64,000 bases of DNA from Chloroflexota bacterium (GTDB lineage: Bacteria > Chloroflexota > UBA6077 > FW602-bin22): contig DASRFH010000111.1 in assembly GCA_035651675.1 (NCBI GenBank), positions 9,605-73,604 on the forward strand. Direction: 5' to 3'. The notes under the pieces were generated by a model. It was not told the origin of the DNA and searched no databases. It saw only the letters and a program-made list of their open reading frames with translations. This document shows positions 1 through 9,437 of the stretch, one piece after another. The first letter of the stretch is position 1; each line of letters begins with the position of its first letter. The translations under genes and the position numbers were made by a program.

Positions 1-36
1 CCCGGAGTTTGGCTAACGAGCCCCGACGACGAGGTC

Positions 37-885
37 GTGGCGACGGTCGAGGGGACCGACCTATCGGCCGACGTCGCCGCCGAAACGATCACGCCGCCGC
101 TCGAGCGGCCGGTACGCGTCAACATCCCGACTCGCCACAACCGCAAGCTCGCCACGCTGGTGGCCGCGGTCAACGCCGACCGCGGGCTCCACGCGTTGTG
201 GCGCTGCTGCAACGTCAACGCGGTCGACCGCATGGGCATGAGCGACCACGGGCCGGTGCACGTCCAGATCGTCGCGAACATCGCGCTCCGGCTCTTGAGG
301 CTGCTCGTGTCCTCCGGGTTGACGCCGAACGCCGTGTCCGACCACGGGCTCGACGGGCACGACGCCGAGATGATCGCCGTGCTCGGCGCCCTGCTCCACG
401 ACATCGGGATGTCGATCCACCGCGACGACCACGAACGGTTCAGCTTGATGCTCGCGGCACCGAAGCTGCGCGAGCTGCTGCACGGTATCTACGAGGAGCC
501 GTACCTCACGGTCGTCGTCTCCGAGACGCTGCACGCGATCATCACACACCGATCGGACGGTCGTCCGCGGACGCTCGAAGCCGGCTGCGTGCGCGTCGCC
601 GACGCGCTCGACATGGCGAAGGGCCGCTCGCGGATCCCGTTCGAGGCTGGCCAGGTCAACATCCACTCGGTGTCGGCGGCCGCGATCGACAAGGTCGTCA
701 TCTCGCAGGGCGAGTCGAAGCCGATCCGCATCGACGTCCAGATGAGCAACTCGGCGGGCATCTTCCAGCTCGACGAGCTGCTGAAGGAAAAGTTGCACGG
801 GTCGGGACTCGAGCGGTACGTCGAGGTGGCGGCCCAGATCGAAGGCGAGACCGAGCGCTCGCTAGTGCAGGTCTTCAGGCTCTGA
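37..885 (+). CDS. HD-domain metal-dependent phosphohydrolase
   Basis: 282-aa ORF with a GTG start. It carries the HD signature LLHDIGMSIHRDDHE plus downstream conserved His/Asp (HAIITHRSDG, RVADALD). Confidence 0.75.
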   Translation: MATVEGTDLSADVAAETITPPLERPVRVNIPTRHNRKLATLVAAVNADRGLHALWRCCNVNAVDRMGMSDHGPVHVQIVANIALRLLRLLVSSGLTPNAVSDHGLDGHDAEMIAVLGALLHDIGMSIHRDDHERFSLMLAAPKLRELLHGIYEEPYLTVVVSETLHAIITHRSDGRPRTLEAGCVRVADALDMAKGRSRIPFEAGQVNIHSVSAAAIDKVVISQGESKPIRIDVQMSNSAGIFQLDELLKEKLHGSGLERYVEVAAQIEGETERSLVQVFRL

Positions 886-952
886 CTGTCACGGCACCTG
901 GCCCGTTGTATGCTCCCGCCGCAACATAAAAGCGCCCGGAGCGTAAACGTTC

Positions 953-2152
953 ATGGTTCTCCGTGCCTTGTTCGTCGTCGCCCTGCTCGTGTCCTGGGTG
1001 ATGCCGGTGGCGGCCGAAGCCGCGCCGCCCGAGTACGAGACCGTCGGCGGCTACTTCTTCGGTGAGGCGAGTGGGCAGGAGGGCACGGGCTTCAACATCT
1101 CGGACGCCGACGACATTGGCTTCTGGACCACGTTCAGGGGGATGGGCGGGGCAGGCCAGCTTGGCTTCCCGATCTCGCGGCGTTTCGTGTGGAACGGGCG
1201 GCCGACGCAGGTCTTCCAGCGGGCGGTGCTTCAGTACGAGCCGCTCGAGAAGCGCGTCGTCGCCGTCAACGTGCTCGACCTGCTCCACGACCGCGGTCGC
1301 GATGGGTGGCTGAAGAGCGTGCGTTCCGTGCCGCCGCAGCTCGCCAACGCGGACGAGAAGGGCAAGAGCTGGGACGACATCGTGGCGGCGCGGGAGGCGC
1401 TGCTCGACGCGCAGCCGGCGCTGCGCGACGCGTACTTCGCCGCGTCCGACCCGATCGCGATCTACGGGCTGCCGACGTCCGCGGTCGAGGACGAAGGCAG
1501 CCACTACGCGATTCGGCTGCAGCGTGGCGTGCTCCAGCTCTGGAAGCAGGACGTGCCGTGGGCATCGGCGGGCGACGTGACCGTGGCGCTCGTCGGCGAG
1601 ATCGCGCGCGACGCTGGCCTGTTCGATCCGACCGGCAAAGACCCGAGGATCAAGACGGCGTTCCAGCCGGAGGTCGCGCCGCCACCGAGGCCGGCGCCGC
1701 CGCCCCCGCCCAAGCCCGTGCTGCCGCAGGTCACCCGCCCGGACACCGTGCCCCCTGGCATCCACTGGGTTGACGTGAACCTCAGCCGCCAGTGGGTGAC
1801 GGCGATGGACGGGGACACGCCGGTGCGTGGCATCCCGGCGACGACAGGCAAGCCCGGTTTCAGCACCCCGACCGGGACGTTCCAGATCTTCTCCCGTGTG
1901 TACAACGAGACGATGGACTCGGCGACGATCGGCATCCCGCGCAGCTCGCCGGAGGGCTACTACCTGAAGGACATCCTCTACACGCAGTACTTCGCCGACG
2001 GCGGCATCGCGCTGCACACCAACTACTGGCAGCCAGCCTCCGTGTTCGGGAGCTACCCGACGAGCCACGCCTGCGTTGGGATGCGCTTGCAAGACGCGGC
2101 GTTCCTGTGGGACTTCGCGACATTCGGAACTCCGGTGTACGTGCACTATTAG
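953..2152 (+). CDS. Secreted L,D-transpeptidase (YkuD domain) with N-terminal signal peptide
   Basis: Signal-like N-terminus MVLRALFVVALLVSWVMPVAAEA. The C-terminal YkuD domain has IALHTNYW...SHACVGM (catalytic His and Cys). A Pro-rich linker APPPRPAPPPPPKP is present. Confidence 0.85.
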   Translation: MVLRALFVVALLVSWVMPVAAEAAPPEYETVGGYFFGEASGQEGTGFNISDADDIGFWTTFRGMGGAGQLGFPISRRFVWNGRPTQVFQRAVLQYEPLEKRVVAVNVLDLLHDRGRDGWLKSVRSVPPQLANADEKGKSWDDIVAAREALLDAQPALRDAYFAASDPIAIYGLPTSAVEDEGSHYAIRLQRGVLQLWKQDVPWASAGDVTVALVGEIARDAGLFDPTGKDPRIKTAFQPEVAPPPRPAPPPPPKPVLPQVTRPDTVPPGIHWVDVNLSRQWVTAMDGDTPVRGIPATTGKPGFSTPTGTFQIFSRVYNETMDSATIGIPRSSPEGYYLKDILYTQYFADGGIALHTNYWQPASVFGSYPTSHACVGMRLQDAAFLWDFATFGTPVYVHY

Positions 2153-2324
2153 GCAGGTTGCACAAATTAGGACTTTCGGCGGGGTTGACGCCCGCTAGGT
2201 GGCTTGCTAACCTGCAGGCCGCCTAGCCAGCTCCGCCCAAATCTCTCCGTACCGGGCCTCGAAGGAGCTGGTCGGGCCGGGCCCGCGCTCGTCGGGAGCG
2301 TGTGGGCCGCAACTAAGGCGGCGT

Positions 2325-2948
2325 GTGCCGGCTGGGGTGCGCGCCGCGCGATGTGGAGGTCCCGTCCTGTTTTCTTTCCACCGTCTCGCGGGGGCGCTCT
2401 GTGCCCTCGCCCTCTCTTCGGCCGTGGTATCCGCCGGGTTCGCCGACGACGGCTACGGCCACCTTCGTCCCGCGCCGTCCGAGCGCGGTGGCCGCCGAGA
2501 GCCGCCACCGGCCGCGAGCGTCGCCTCCCCACCGCCGACAGCCACCGCCACACCGACGCCGCAGCCGACCCCGACCACCGGCCAGCGCATCATCGGCATC
2601 GTTCAGCAGTACGTGGGCGCGCCGTACGTGGCGGGCGGCGCCAGCCCCGTCACGGGCTTCGACTGCAGCGGGCTCGTGCAGTGGGTGCTGGGCCAGCTCG
2701 GCTTTGCCGTCGGCCACGACGCGGCCGGCCAGTACGGCGTCGGCGACCCCGTGCCGGCCGACGAGCTCTCCCCCGGCGACCTGGTGTTCTTCGCCAACAC
2801 CTACATGCCGGGTATCAGCCACGTCGGCGTGTACGTCGGCAACGGCGAGTTCGTGGACGCCGGCACCGAGCGGACCGGCGTGCGGCGCGCCAGCCTGGCG
2901 GAGCCCTATTGGGCCGCCCGGTTCGTCGGGGCGCGGCGGATCAGATAG
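2325..2948 (+). CDS. NlpC/P60 (C40) cell-wall peptidase
   Basis: Signal-like segment followed by a PT-rich linker. The catalytic core is GFDCSGLVQWV ... SHVGVYVGNGEFVDA, the Cys/His of the NlpC/P60 fold. Confidence 0.85.
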   Translation: MPAGVRAARCGGPVLFSFHRLAGALCALALSSAVVSAGFADDGYGHLRPAPSERGGRREPPPAASVASPPPTATATPTPQPTPTTGQRIIGIVQQYVGAPYVAGGASPVTGFDCSGLVQWVLGQLGFAVGHDAAGQYGVGDPVPADELSPGDLVFFANTYMPGISHVGVYVGNGEFVDAGTERTGVRRASLAEPYWAARFVGARRIR

Positions 2949-3111
2949 CCGGTGAGGCGTGGGGCTCGGCTGGGCCCCGCACCGGCTCGGCGGCGTAACG
3001 GCCGCAGGTCTTGCAGACGTAGCAGTCGTGGCCGGCCATCCCGCTAGCCCACATATGGCCGTCGTACCGCCACTGGTGCCCGCGGAACCAACAGATCAGT
3101 GCGCGTGCCAA
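2941..3111 (-). CDS. Small Cys/His-rich protein, DUF1660-like zinc-ribbon (56 aa, TTG start)
   Basis: Hand translation, below the 60-aa track cutoff: LARALICWFRGHQWRYDGHMWASGMAGHDCYVCKTCGRYAAEPVRGPAEPHASPAI. The C..GH.W ... C..C..CG pattern recalls DUF1660. Third-position GC is high. The start codon is uncertain. Confidence 0.3.
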   Translation of the reverse strand: MARALICWFRGHQWRYDGHMWASGMAGHDCYVCKTCGRYAAEPVRGPAEPHASPAI

Positions 3112-3182
3112 CCGCGTAACCCCCGGTCGAGTCGGTGCGGGGCGTATGATGCGCCCATCGCCGTAAAGAGGCCGTTAGATCT

Positions 3183-3342
3183 GTGGACTTGCCCAAGCCC
3201 CAAGGGCGCGAGGCCAAGTGCGATGCCTGCGGCCGGGTCGCCTTCTGCATCCAACTGCCGCTGCGTGGCTCGGCGCGCGGCACGCTGTGCCTGGCTTGTC
3301 TCAGCCGGACGCTCCGAGACTTGCAGCGTGAGGCGCGTTCGT
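3183..3342 (+). CDS. Small CxxC...CxxC zinc-ribbon-like protein (53 aa, GTG start)
   Basis: Hand translation: VDLPKPQGREAKCDACGRVAFCIQLPLRGSARGTLCLACLSRTLRDLQREARS. It has two CxxC pairs and mostly G/C third positions. It is divergent from the 2941-3111 ORF. No family recognised. Confidence 0.25.
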
Positions 3343-3403
3343 AGGTTCCGACCAGGAGGGGGTTGCCTTCGGGGGGAGAACGCACCGCACCCCTGCCGGC
3401 GGC

Positions 3404-4720
3404 TCAGCGCCGCTCCAGCGTCGCGACTGCCTCGACGTGGCGCGTCTGTGGGAACATGTCGATCGGCTGGACCTCGGTCAAGGCGTAGCCGCCGTCGACG
3501 AGGATGCGCAGGTCGCGGGCGAGCGTCGCCGGCTCGCAGGAAACGTAGACGATGCGCCGCACGGCGCGCGCCACGAGTGCGTCGAGCACCGGCCGCGCGC
3601 AGCCGGCCCGAGCCGGGTCGAGGATCGCACCGTCCGGCACGGCGTCGAGGCCGGGCAGCACCGCCTCCACACGCCCCTGGACGAACTCGAGGTTCGGCGC
3701 TCCGGCGGCGTTGTGGCGTGCGTCCATCACCGCGCTGGCTGCCTCTTCGATCCCGAGCACGCGCGCGCCCGGAGCGTGGTCCGCCACCAATAGCGCGAAC
3801 GTGCCCACCCCTGCGTAGGCGTCGAGCAGCAGCTCGCCCGGTGCCGGCCGGAGGCGGTCGATCGCCAGCAGGGCGAGCAGGTCCGCCTGGCTCCAGGCCG
3901 CCTCGCGCTCGGCGACCCACGGCGCGGCGATCGCCTGGGGCAGCGGGCGCACGTCCGGCCGCGTGTTGACCTGGAAGAACGAGTTCGCGGCGATCCTGAA
4001 ACGGCGGCCCAGCACCTCGTCCTCGAGGTACGGCTGGCCGGTCGGGATCGGCGCGTCGGGGATGTGGGGCGCGACGAGCGACTGGCCGGTTCGCAGCGAG
4101 TGGCGAAGCGCGACCTGGTGCAGCCTTCTGTGGCCGCGCCCCTGGAGGGCGGCGAGCATAGCCGAGATCGGCGGCACCACGACGTGGCAGTGCTCGATCG
4201 TCATCACGGCGTGGGACTGCTGCCGGGTGAAGCCCAGCGTGCCGTCGCGGCGGGCCGAGAAGCGCGCGTGGTTCCGGTAGCCGTAGACGCTCGCGGCCCC
4301 GATCATCGGCCGGACTGGAGCGTCGGCGAACCCGCCAAGCCGGCGGAGCTGCTCGCGGACCGTCTCCGTTTTGAAGCGGAGCTGCGCCTCGTAGCGCGCG
4401 TGCTGCCAGTCGCAGCCGCCGCAGCGGCCGAAGTAGGGGCACGGCGGGGCGACCCGCTCGGGCGCGGCGCACAGCACCCGGTCGGTCTCCGCGCGCGCGA
4501 AATTGCCGTGCGCGTCGACGACGCGCGCGACGACGCGCTCGCCCGGGAGCGCGTACGAGACGAAGTGGACGAGCTCGTCGACGCGGCCGACCGCGCCGCC
4601 GAGGTGGGAAATGCCGTCTAGCTCGATCTCGACGCGAGGGAGCTCTCGGGGCGACCGATCGCTACGCGTTGCGCCCTGCCTGCGTGAAAGGAAGGATCGC
4701 CAGCGCCGATAGCGCGGCAA
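3404..4720 (-). CDS. 23S rRNA (uracil-5-)-methyltransferase, RumA/RlmD family (TRAM + SAM-MTase)
   Basis: TRAM-like VEIELDGISHLGGAVGRV...ALPGERVVARVVD, Fe-S Cys cluster CPYFGRCGGCDWQH, and MTase motifs LLDAYAGVGTFAL and YVSCEPATLARDL. The track ORF extends to 4906 and overlaps the MFS gene. The best start is TTG at 4720, but this is uncertain. Confidence 0.8.
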   Translation of the reverse strand: MPRYRRWRSFLSRRQGATRSDRSPRELPRVEIELDGISHLGGAVGRVDELVHFVSYALPGERVVARVVDAHGNFARAETDRVLCAAPERVAPPCPYFGRCGGCDWQHARYEAQLRFKTETVREQLRRLGGFADAPVRPMIGAASVYGYRNHARFSARRDGTLGFTRQQSHAVMTIEHCHVVVPPISAMLAALQGRGHRRLHQVALRHSLRTGQSLVAPHIPDAPIPTGQPYLEDEVLGRRFRIAANSFFQVNTRPDVRPLPQAIAAPWVAEREAAWSQADLLALLAIDRLRPAPGELLLDAYAGVGTFALLVADHAPGARVLGIEEAASAVMDARHNAAGAPNLEFVQGRVEAVLPGLDAVPDGAILDPARAGCARPVLDALVARAVRRIVYVSCEPATLARDLRILVDGGYALTEVQPIDMFPQTRHVEAVATLERR

Positions 4721-5918
4721 CCACCATGATGGCGAAGACCGCCCGCAGTCCGAAAGCGTCGGCCACGCCGCCAGCCAGCAGCGCCGCGAGCGGTGCCGCG
4801 ATCGAGCCACCGCCCGCCAGCACCCCGACGGCGGCGCCGACCCGATCGCGCGACACGAGCTCCGACACGATCGGTACCGGCAGCACGAGGACGGCGGCCG
4901 AGCCAATCCCGGCGAGCGCGAACGTGGCCATCCCTTCGCCGGTCGTCGTGATCACCATCGCCGCGAGGGCCGACGCGACGACGATCAGGTAGCCGGCCGC
5001 CAGGACGCGCCGTTTGCCCCACCGGTTGGCCAGCCAGGCGCATGGCAGCGCGCAGATGGTCGACGCGATCAGCAGCATCCCTGGCATGAGCTGCGCCTGG
5101 CCGACGCTGGCGCCGAGCAGGTCGCGCGCGAACAGGGAGAGCAACGGCACGATCGCGTTCGCGCCAGTCCAGTAGCAGAGGTTCGCAAGGCAGAAGAGCA
5201 GCGCGCGACGCTCGATCGCTACCATCGACCGCAAGGTCGGCCGTCCCCGGGCGGCGGAATGCCCGAGCGCGGGCGGCTCCTGAACCCACAGGACGTTCGC
5301 GACGGCGCCGACGAGCACGATACCCCCTGCCAGCGCGAACGCCCAGTCTGGCACCGTGCTCCGCCAGAACATCGCCCCAACCACGAGGATCAACACCTGG
5401 CCGAGCGCCATGACGACCACGTGGAGGCTGGCGAGCCGCGTCCGCGCCGGACCGACCGTGACGTCGGCTAGCAGTGCTTTGTGCAGGTCGTCCATGACGT
5501 TGAAGCTGAGCGTGAACAGGTAGATCGCGACGATCGTCGGGAGCAGGCGGACGAGTCCGACCGAGCCAGGGTCCGCCCACCCCGCGAGGTAGGGAGTCGC
5601 CGCCAGCAGGAGCCCGCAGGCGGTTCCCCCAACGAGGATGAACGGTCGTCGTCTGCCGAGCCAGCCGAGCCAGGTACGGTCGGACCACGCGCCCACGAGC
5701 GGTGCCACTACCGCGCCCTCGAAGGAGCGCGTGTTCGCGAGCAGGTTGATGAGCAGGTAGGAGGTCGTGAAGCCGGAGAGCCATAGCGACAGGGTGAAGT
5801 TGTTGAAGCCGTTGAACGCGCCGACGCCCAGCGAGCCGGCGAGGTAGGCGCCCCAGAGCGTGGTGCGGCCGCGGCTTACCGTCCGCGGGGCGATGACCGT
5901 GGTGGCGGCTTCGCCCAT
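4662..5918 (-). CDS. MFS transporter (GPH/sugar-type motif)
   Basis: 418 aa with about 12 hydrophobic segments. The loop motif GAWSDRTWLGWLGRRRPF resembles the D-R-x-G-R-R-(K/R)-P motif of GPH-like MFS carriers. Confidence 0.8.
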   Translation of the reverse strand: MGEAATTVIAPRTVSRGRTTLWGAYLAGSLGVGAFNGFNNFTLSLWLSGFTTSYLLINLLANTRSFEGAVVAPLVGAWSDRTWLGWLGRRRPFILVGGTACGLLLAATPYLAGWADPGSVGLVRLLPTIVAIYLFTLSFNVMDDLHKALLADVTVGPARTRLASLHVVVMALGQVLILVVGAMFWRSTVPDWAFALAGGIVLVGAVANVLWVQEPPALGHSAARGRPTLRSMVAIERRALLFCLANLCYWTGANAIVPLLSLFARDLLGASVGQAQLMPGMLLIASTICALPCAWLANRWGKRRVLAAGYLIVVASALAAMVITTTGEGMATFALAGIGSAAVLVLPVPIVSELVSRDRVGAAVGVLAGGGSIAAPLAALLAGGVADAFGLRAVFAIMVVAALSALAILPFTQAGRNA

Positions 5919-6041
5919 CAGTGCTCCCTTGTCATGCCGAGTGAAGCGCGGACTTCCGGGCGGCTCTGGTGTGGGGCGGGCCGCGCACGGAGGGCACCAG
6001 GGGGCGTCGGCGCGTGCGCTGCTCGGAGTGGCACGGCGCGG

Positions 6042-9000
6042 CTAGGATGCCAGAGCAACGTCGTGCGCCGGCGCAAAGTCGTGCAGGCCGAGCTCGGCGG
6101 CCAGCGCTAGCGCGTGCGCGCCAGCCGACTCCGCCTCCTCCGCAACGGGTGTGAGCTTGGCGAGGCTCGCCAGGGAGCGCGCGACGTCCGGCCGTGCGCC
6201 GAGCGCCGCGAAGCGCTCGACCGCCCGGCGCAGGTGCTCGGCCGCGCCGAGCGCATCGCGTTCCAGCGCCGCGAGCACCCCCGACGCGTGCGCGGCGAGC
6301 GCGATCCCGTAGCGGCACCCTTCCTCGCGCGCGATCGTCAGGGCGCGGGCGAGCGCCAGCCGCGCCCCGTCGGCGTTCCCGAGCGTCGCTTCGGCGATCG
6401 CCAGGTGCGCGTAGAGTCGGTCGAGCAAGCAGCGGGAGTCAGCCCGCTCGTGCGCCGCGATCGTGGTGCCGAGCGCTTCGACGGCCGCCGCTGGCTCGCC
6501 GGCCCCGAGCAGCGCCGGACCGAGCGTCCACGACCCGATCAGCTCGGCGAGCTCGTGGCCGGCTTCCCGCGCCAGCTGGATCGCCTCCTCGGCCGCCTGC
6601 AGCGCCTCGTGCCACCTCCCTTGCGAGAAGCGCACGCGCGCGGTGTTCGTCCGGAGGTAGGACGTAGCCAGCGGGGTGGTAAACGGCGCGGCTGTCGACG
6701 CCAGCCGATCGAGCACCTCCTGGGCGGTCGCGAACTCGCCACGTGTGCCGTGCATCACCGCGATCGTCCCCAGGGCGCTGAGCTGCACCTCCTGGTCGCC
6801 GGCGCGACGCCCGTTCTCGACCGCCTCGTGGAGCAGGCCGAGCGCGCCCGGCAGGTCGCCTTCATACGAGTGGAAGAGCCCGAGTGCGCGCTGTGCGTGG
6901 GCCAGCAGGCGCGGATCGCCGGCCTCCCGTGCGGTCGCCAGCAGCGCTTCGGCCGCGGGCAGCCCCTCGCGCACGCGGCCGCGCACCGAGAGCCGGGTCA
7001 CGCGCGCCAGCGCCAGGCGCAAGCGGAGTTGGGCGTCCTCGACCGTATCGGCGTCCCGCTCGGCTTCGGCAAGCACACTCTCGGTGCGCGGCATCGGCAG
7101 CGCCACCAGGTTGCCGACCATCCTCAGCCGCAGCTCGATCGACCGCCGGCGTGTGTCGGCGCTCGGCGCGAGCTGCTGGAGCGCCGCGAGCGCGTTCGTC
7201 AGATGCTCGCCGGCCTCGCGGCTGGCGGCGATGCCTTCGGCGACGTCGGCCGCGATCTGGCTCCAATTGAGCGCCTCTTGCCAGAGCTGCCCCTGGATCG
7301 CGTGGAAGGCGAGGCGCGGCGCCCAGTCCGCAGGCCGCCCGCTCGCCGTCTTGGCGAGCAGGCGGAAGGCCCGCGCGTGGAGCGAGCGGCGGCGCGCGGC
7401 GGTCATCGAGCCGTCGACGGCTCGGCGCACAAGGTCGTGGGTGAAGACCAGCTCCCCTGCCGCGCCCTCGGACAGGACGGACGCGCGGATGAGTGCGTCG
7501 AGGGCGTCCAGCGCCGGCCCCTCGTCGACGCTGACGACCGCGCGGGCGAACTCGAACGGTGCGCCCCACGGGCAGACCGCCACCGCGAGCGCAAGGTCGC
7601 GCGCCGGCGGGTTCAGGCGGGCAAGCGCGTCGCCGACCAGGTCGCCAATGGCCTCGGGGATCGCGTTGGGGCTGGGCGCTGAGCCGGTTGTCGCCTCACG
7701 CGCGGGCAGCGAACGAACGAGGTGGATGGCGTAGAGCGGGTTGCCGCCGGTCTGGAGGTAGACCCAATCGGCGAGCTCGTGGGTCGGGTCCGTCGCGAGC
7801 TGGTCGACGAGCGTCTGCATCGCCTCCGGCGCAAGCGGCTCGACGTCGAAGCGGACGAGCCGGCCCCGGCGGTGGAGCTCGCCAAGAAGGCGGCTGACCT
7901 CGGGCGGCGCTTCGTGGCGTCGGCAAGTCAACAGGATGGTGAGTCCCGGCGTCGGCGTGTCGTGTGCCAGCATGGCGAGCAGCGAGCGCGACGCGGCGTC
8001 GAGCCAGTGGACGTCCTCGATCAGGAGCAACGTCGGACCGGGGAGCGCACCCAGGAAGCGGGCCACGCTCTGGAAGAGCCGCTGGCGCCGGACGTCCGCG
8101 TCCGGCGCCGGGCGCGGCGTCAGGTCGGGCATTTGGGCTTGCAGCCGAGGGAGGAGCCGGCCGAGCTCGGCCAGCCAGACGTCCTCGACGCCGAGGTCGT
8201 CCACCTCGACCGCGCGGAGCGCGGTGTCGAGTGCCTCGACGAGCGGCGCGAACGGCAGGTCGATCGTCGCCTCGTGGCAGTGGCCGATGAGCCGAGACGC
8301 GTATCCATCGCGCGCCGCTGGACCGTGCCGCTCTACGAGCGCGCTCGCGACGCGGCTCTTCCCAACGCCGGCGTCGCCGCGCAGCAGGACGACCTGCGGG
8401 CCGCGACCGCGCGCGGCTGCGCACAGCGCCGCGCTGGCCGCCTCGAGCAGATCGTCGCGACCGACCAGGCACGGCTCGCCGGGCGCCGCGCCGGGATGCG
8501 CCCGAGGGGGCTCAGCCCCACACGGCTCAGCCGGGCTCCCGGCGTGCGTCCGGGGCTGGGCGGCGCGTCCGTCGTTTCCACGTGCGATCTCGTCGCGCAG
8601 CGCTGCCATCCGCGCGTCGGGCGCGAGGCCGAGATCGGCCATCGCCCGGACGTACTCGTCGAACGCCGCCAGGGCGCCGGCGCGGTCGCCGGACTCGCGT
8701 CGCGCGAGGATCCGCACGCGGTGGAACCGCTCGGCGGCCGGCTCCTCCACCAGAGCGCGGCGCGCCCACGCCTCGGCCTCGCGCGCTCGCCCGGCCGCCA
8801 GCTCCCCGTCGACGAGTCGGTCGAGCAGCTCGACGTAACGCTCGCTCCAACGGCGGCGCTCGATCCGGAGCCAGTCCTCCAGTTCCTCGGACCCGTCGGG
8901 CGAGACGCCCTCCAGGAACGGGCCGCGCCAGAGGCGCGCGGCGGCCTCCATCGAGTCGGCGTCCGCGGCGGCCGCGCGCGTCGTGAGCTCGGCGAGGTCC

Positions 9001-9320
9001 AGCGCGACGCCGGCAGCCTCGTCCCAACGAAGTCGGTCGAGCTCGGCGCGGAGCGGGCGTGGCGGCAGCCAGTGGCCAAGCCGGCTCAGCAGGTTGGTCA
9101 GGTTCCGACGCGCCTCGCGCTCGGGGACGTCGGGGTAGAGGGCATTGGTCAGCCAACCGCGCGAGACCGCCGCCGGCCACTGGCCGGCGACGAGCCACAG
9201 CAATAGGTTCGCCTTTGGCGCGGCCACGTCGACGGGACCGTCGGGGCCGGTCAAGCGGGGTGGACCGAGCAGCTCGAGCCGCCAGGGCGTGCCGATCGGG
9301 TGTTCCACTGGGGGCCACAT
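6042..9320 (-). CDS. SARP/AfsR-like STAND transcriptional regulator (wHTH-BTAD + AAA/NB-ARC-like ATPase + TPR)
   Basis: The N-terminus WRLELLGPPRLTG...LLLWLV...RRNLTNLLSRL is OmpR-type wHTH, followed by a BTAD-like helical region. Walker A is LLRGDAGVGKSRV. A long C-terminal helical-repeat (TPR-like) region follows. The start was moved to ATG 9320 (MWPPVEHPIGTPW) so the ORF does not overlap the divergent gene. Confidence 0.8.
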   Translation of the reverse strand: MWPPVEHPIGTPWRLELLGPPRLTGPDGPVDVAAPKANLLLWLVAGQWPAAVSRGWLTNALYPDVPEREARRNLTNLLSRLGHWLPPRPLRAELDRLRWDEAAGVALDLAELTTRAAAADADSMEAAARLWRGPFLEGVSPDGSEELEDWLRIERRRWSERYVELLDRLVDGELAAGRAREAEAWARRALVEEPAAERFHRVRILARRESGDRAGALAAFDEYVRAMADLGLAPDARMAALRDEIARGNDGRAAQPRTHAGSPAEPCGAEPPRAHPGAAPGEPCLVGRDDLLEAASAALCAAARGRGPQVVLLRGDAGVGKSRVASALVERHGPAARDGYASRLIGHCHEATIDLPFAPLVEALDTALRAVEVDDLGVEDVWLAELGRLLPRLQAQMPDLTPRPAPDADVRRQRLFQSVARFLGALPGPTLLLIEDVHWLDAASRSLLAMLAHDTPTPGLTILLTCRRHEAPPEVSRLLGELHRRGRLVRFDVEPLAPEAMQTLVDQLATDPTHELADWVYLQTGGNPLYAIHLVRSLPAREATTGSAPSPNAIPEAIGDLVGDALARLNPPARDLALAVAVCPWGAPFEFARAVVSVDEGPALDALDALIRASVLSEGAAGELVFTHDLVRRAVDGSMTAARRRSLHARAFRLLAKTASGRPADWAPRLAFHAIQGQLWQEALNWSQIAADVAEGIAASREAGEHLTNALAALQQLAPSADTRRRSIELRLRMVGNLVALPMPRTESVLAEAERDADTVEDAQLRLRLALARVTRLSVRGRVREGLPAAEALLATAREAGDPRLLAHAQRALGLFHSYEGDLPGALGLLHEAVENGRRAGDQEVQLSALGTIAVMHGTRGEFATAQEVLDRLASTAAPFTTPLATSYLRTNTARVRFSQGRWHEALQAAEEAIQLAREAGHELAELIGSWTLGPALLGAGEPAAAVEALGTTIAAHERADSRCLLDRLYAHLAIAEATLGNADGARLALARALTIAREEGCRYGIALAAHASGVLAALERDALGAAEHLRRAVERFAALGARPDVARSLASLAKLTPVAEEAESAGAHALALAAELGLHDFAPAHDVALAS

Positions 9321-9437
9321 AGTACGGCAAGCGACGCGTGCGATGCATTGCCGGTGCAGTCGCGATGCAGGCCCTCGGTAGAAAGACCATTGACCGTCGT
9401 GCGTTGGCGGTGACCACAACTTGGAGACGATCGCCAG

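Noticed and set aside
875-2146. 423-aa minus-strand ORF antisense to the YkuD gene. Many similar long ORFs occur, e.g. 3096-4472(-), 8527-9864(-), 23327-26170(+), 23646-26000(-), 36834-38654(-), 44191-46131(+), 59695-60822(-).
   Set aside because: Their translations are dominated by Arg, Pro, Ala and Gly with no motifs. They overlap genes that have clear family signatures. Long stop-free alternative frames are expected at ~70% GC.
2153-2324. Possible cyclic-di-AMP (ydaO-type) riboswitch upstream of the NlpC/P60 gene, suggested by CGGGGTTGAC and GCTAACCTGCAGGCCGCC resembling GGGGUGAAUC and AGCUAACCUCGUAAGCG.
   Set aside because: Only about 50 nt lie between the putative P1 strands and the internal hairpins and second ACGGGG/CCCGA half are missing. 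It is too short and incomplete. A covariance-model scan (Rfam RF00379) would settle it.
4721-4906. Upstream extension of the RumA-family ORF to the first ATG (track start 4906).
   Set aside because: It would overlap the MFS gene by 245 nt with an Arg/Cys/Ser-rich sequence. The TRAM domain begins at about 4633, and TTG 4720 is the nearest plausible start.
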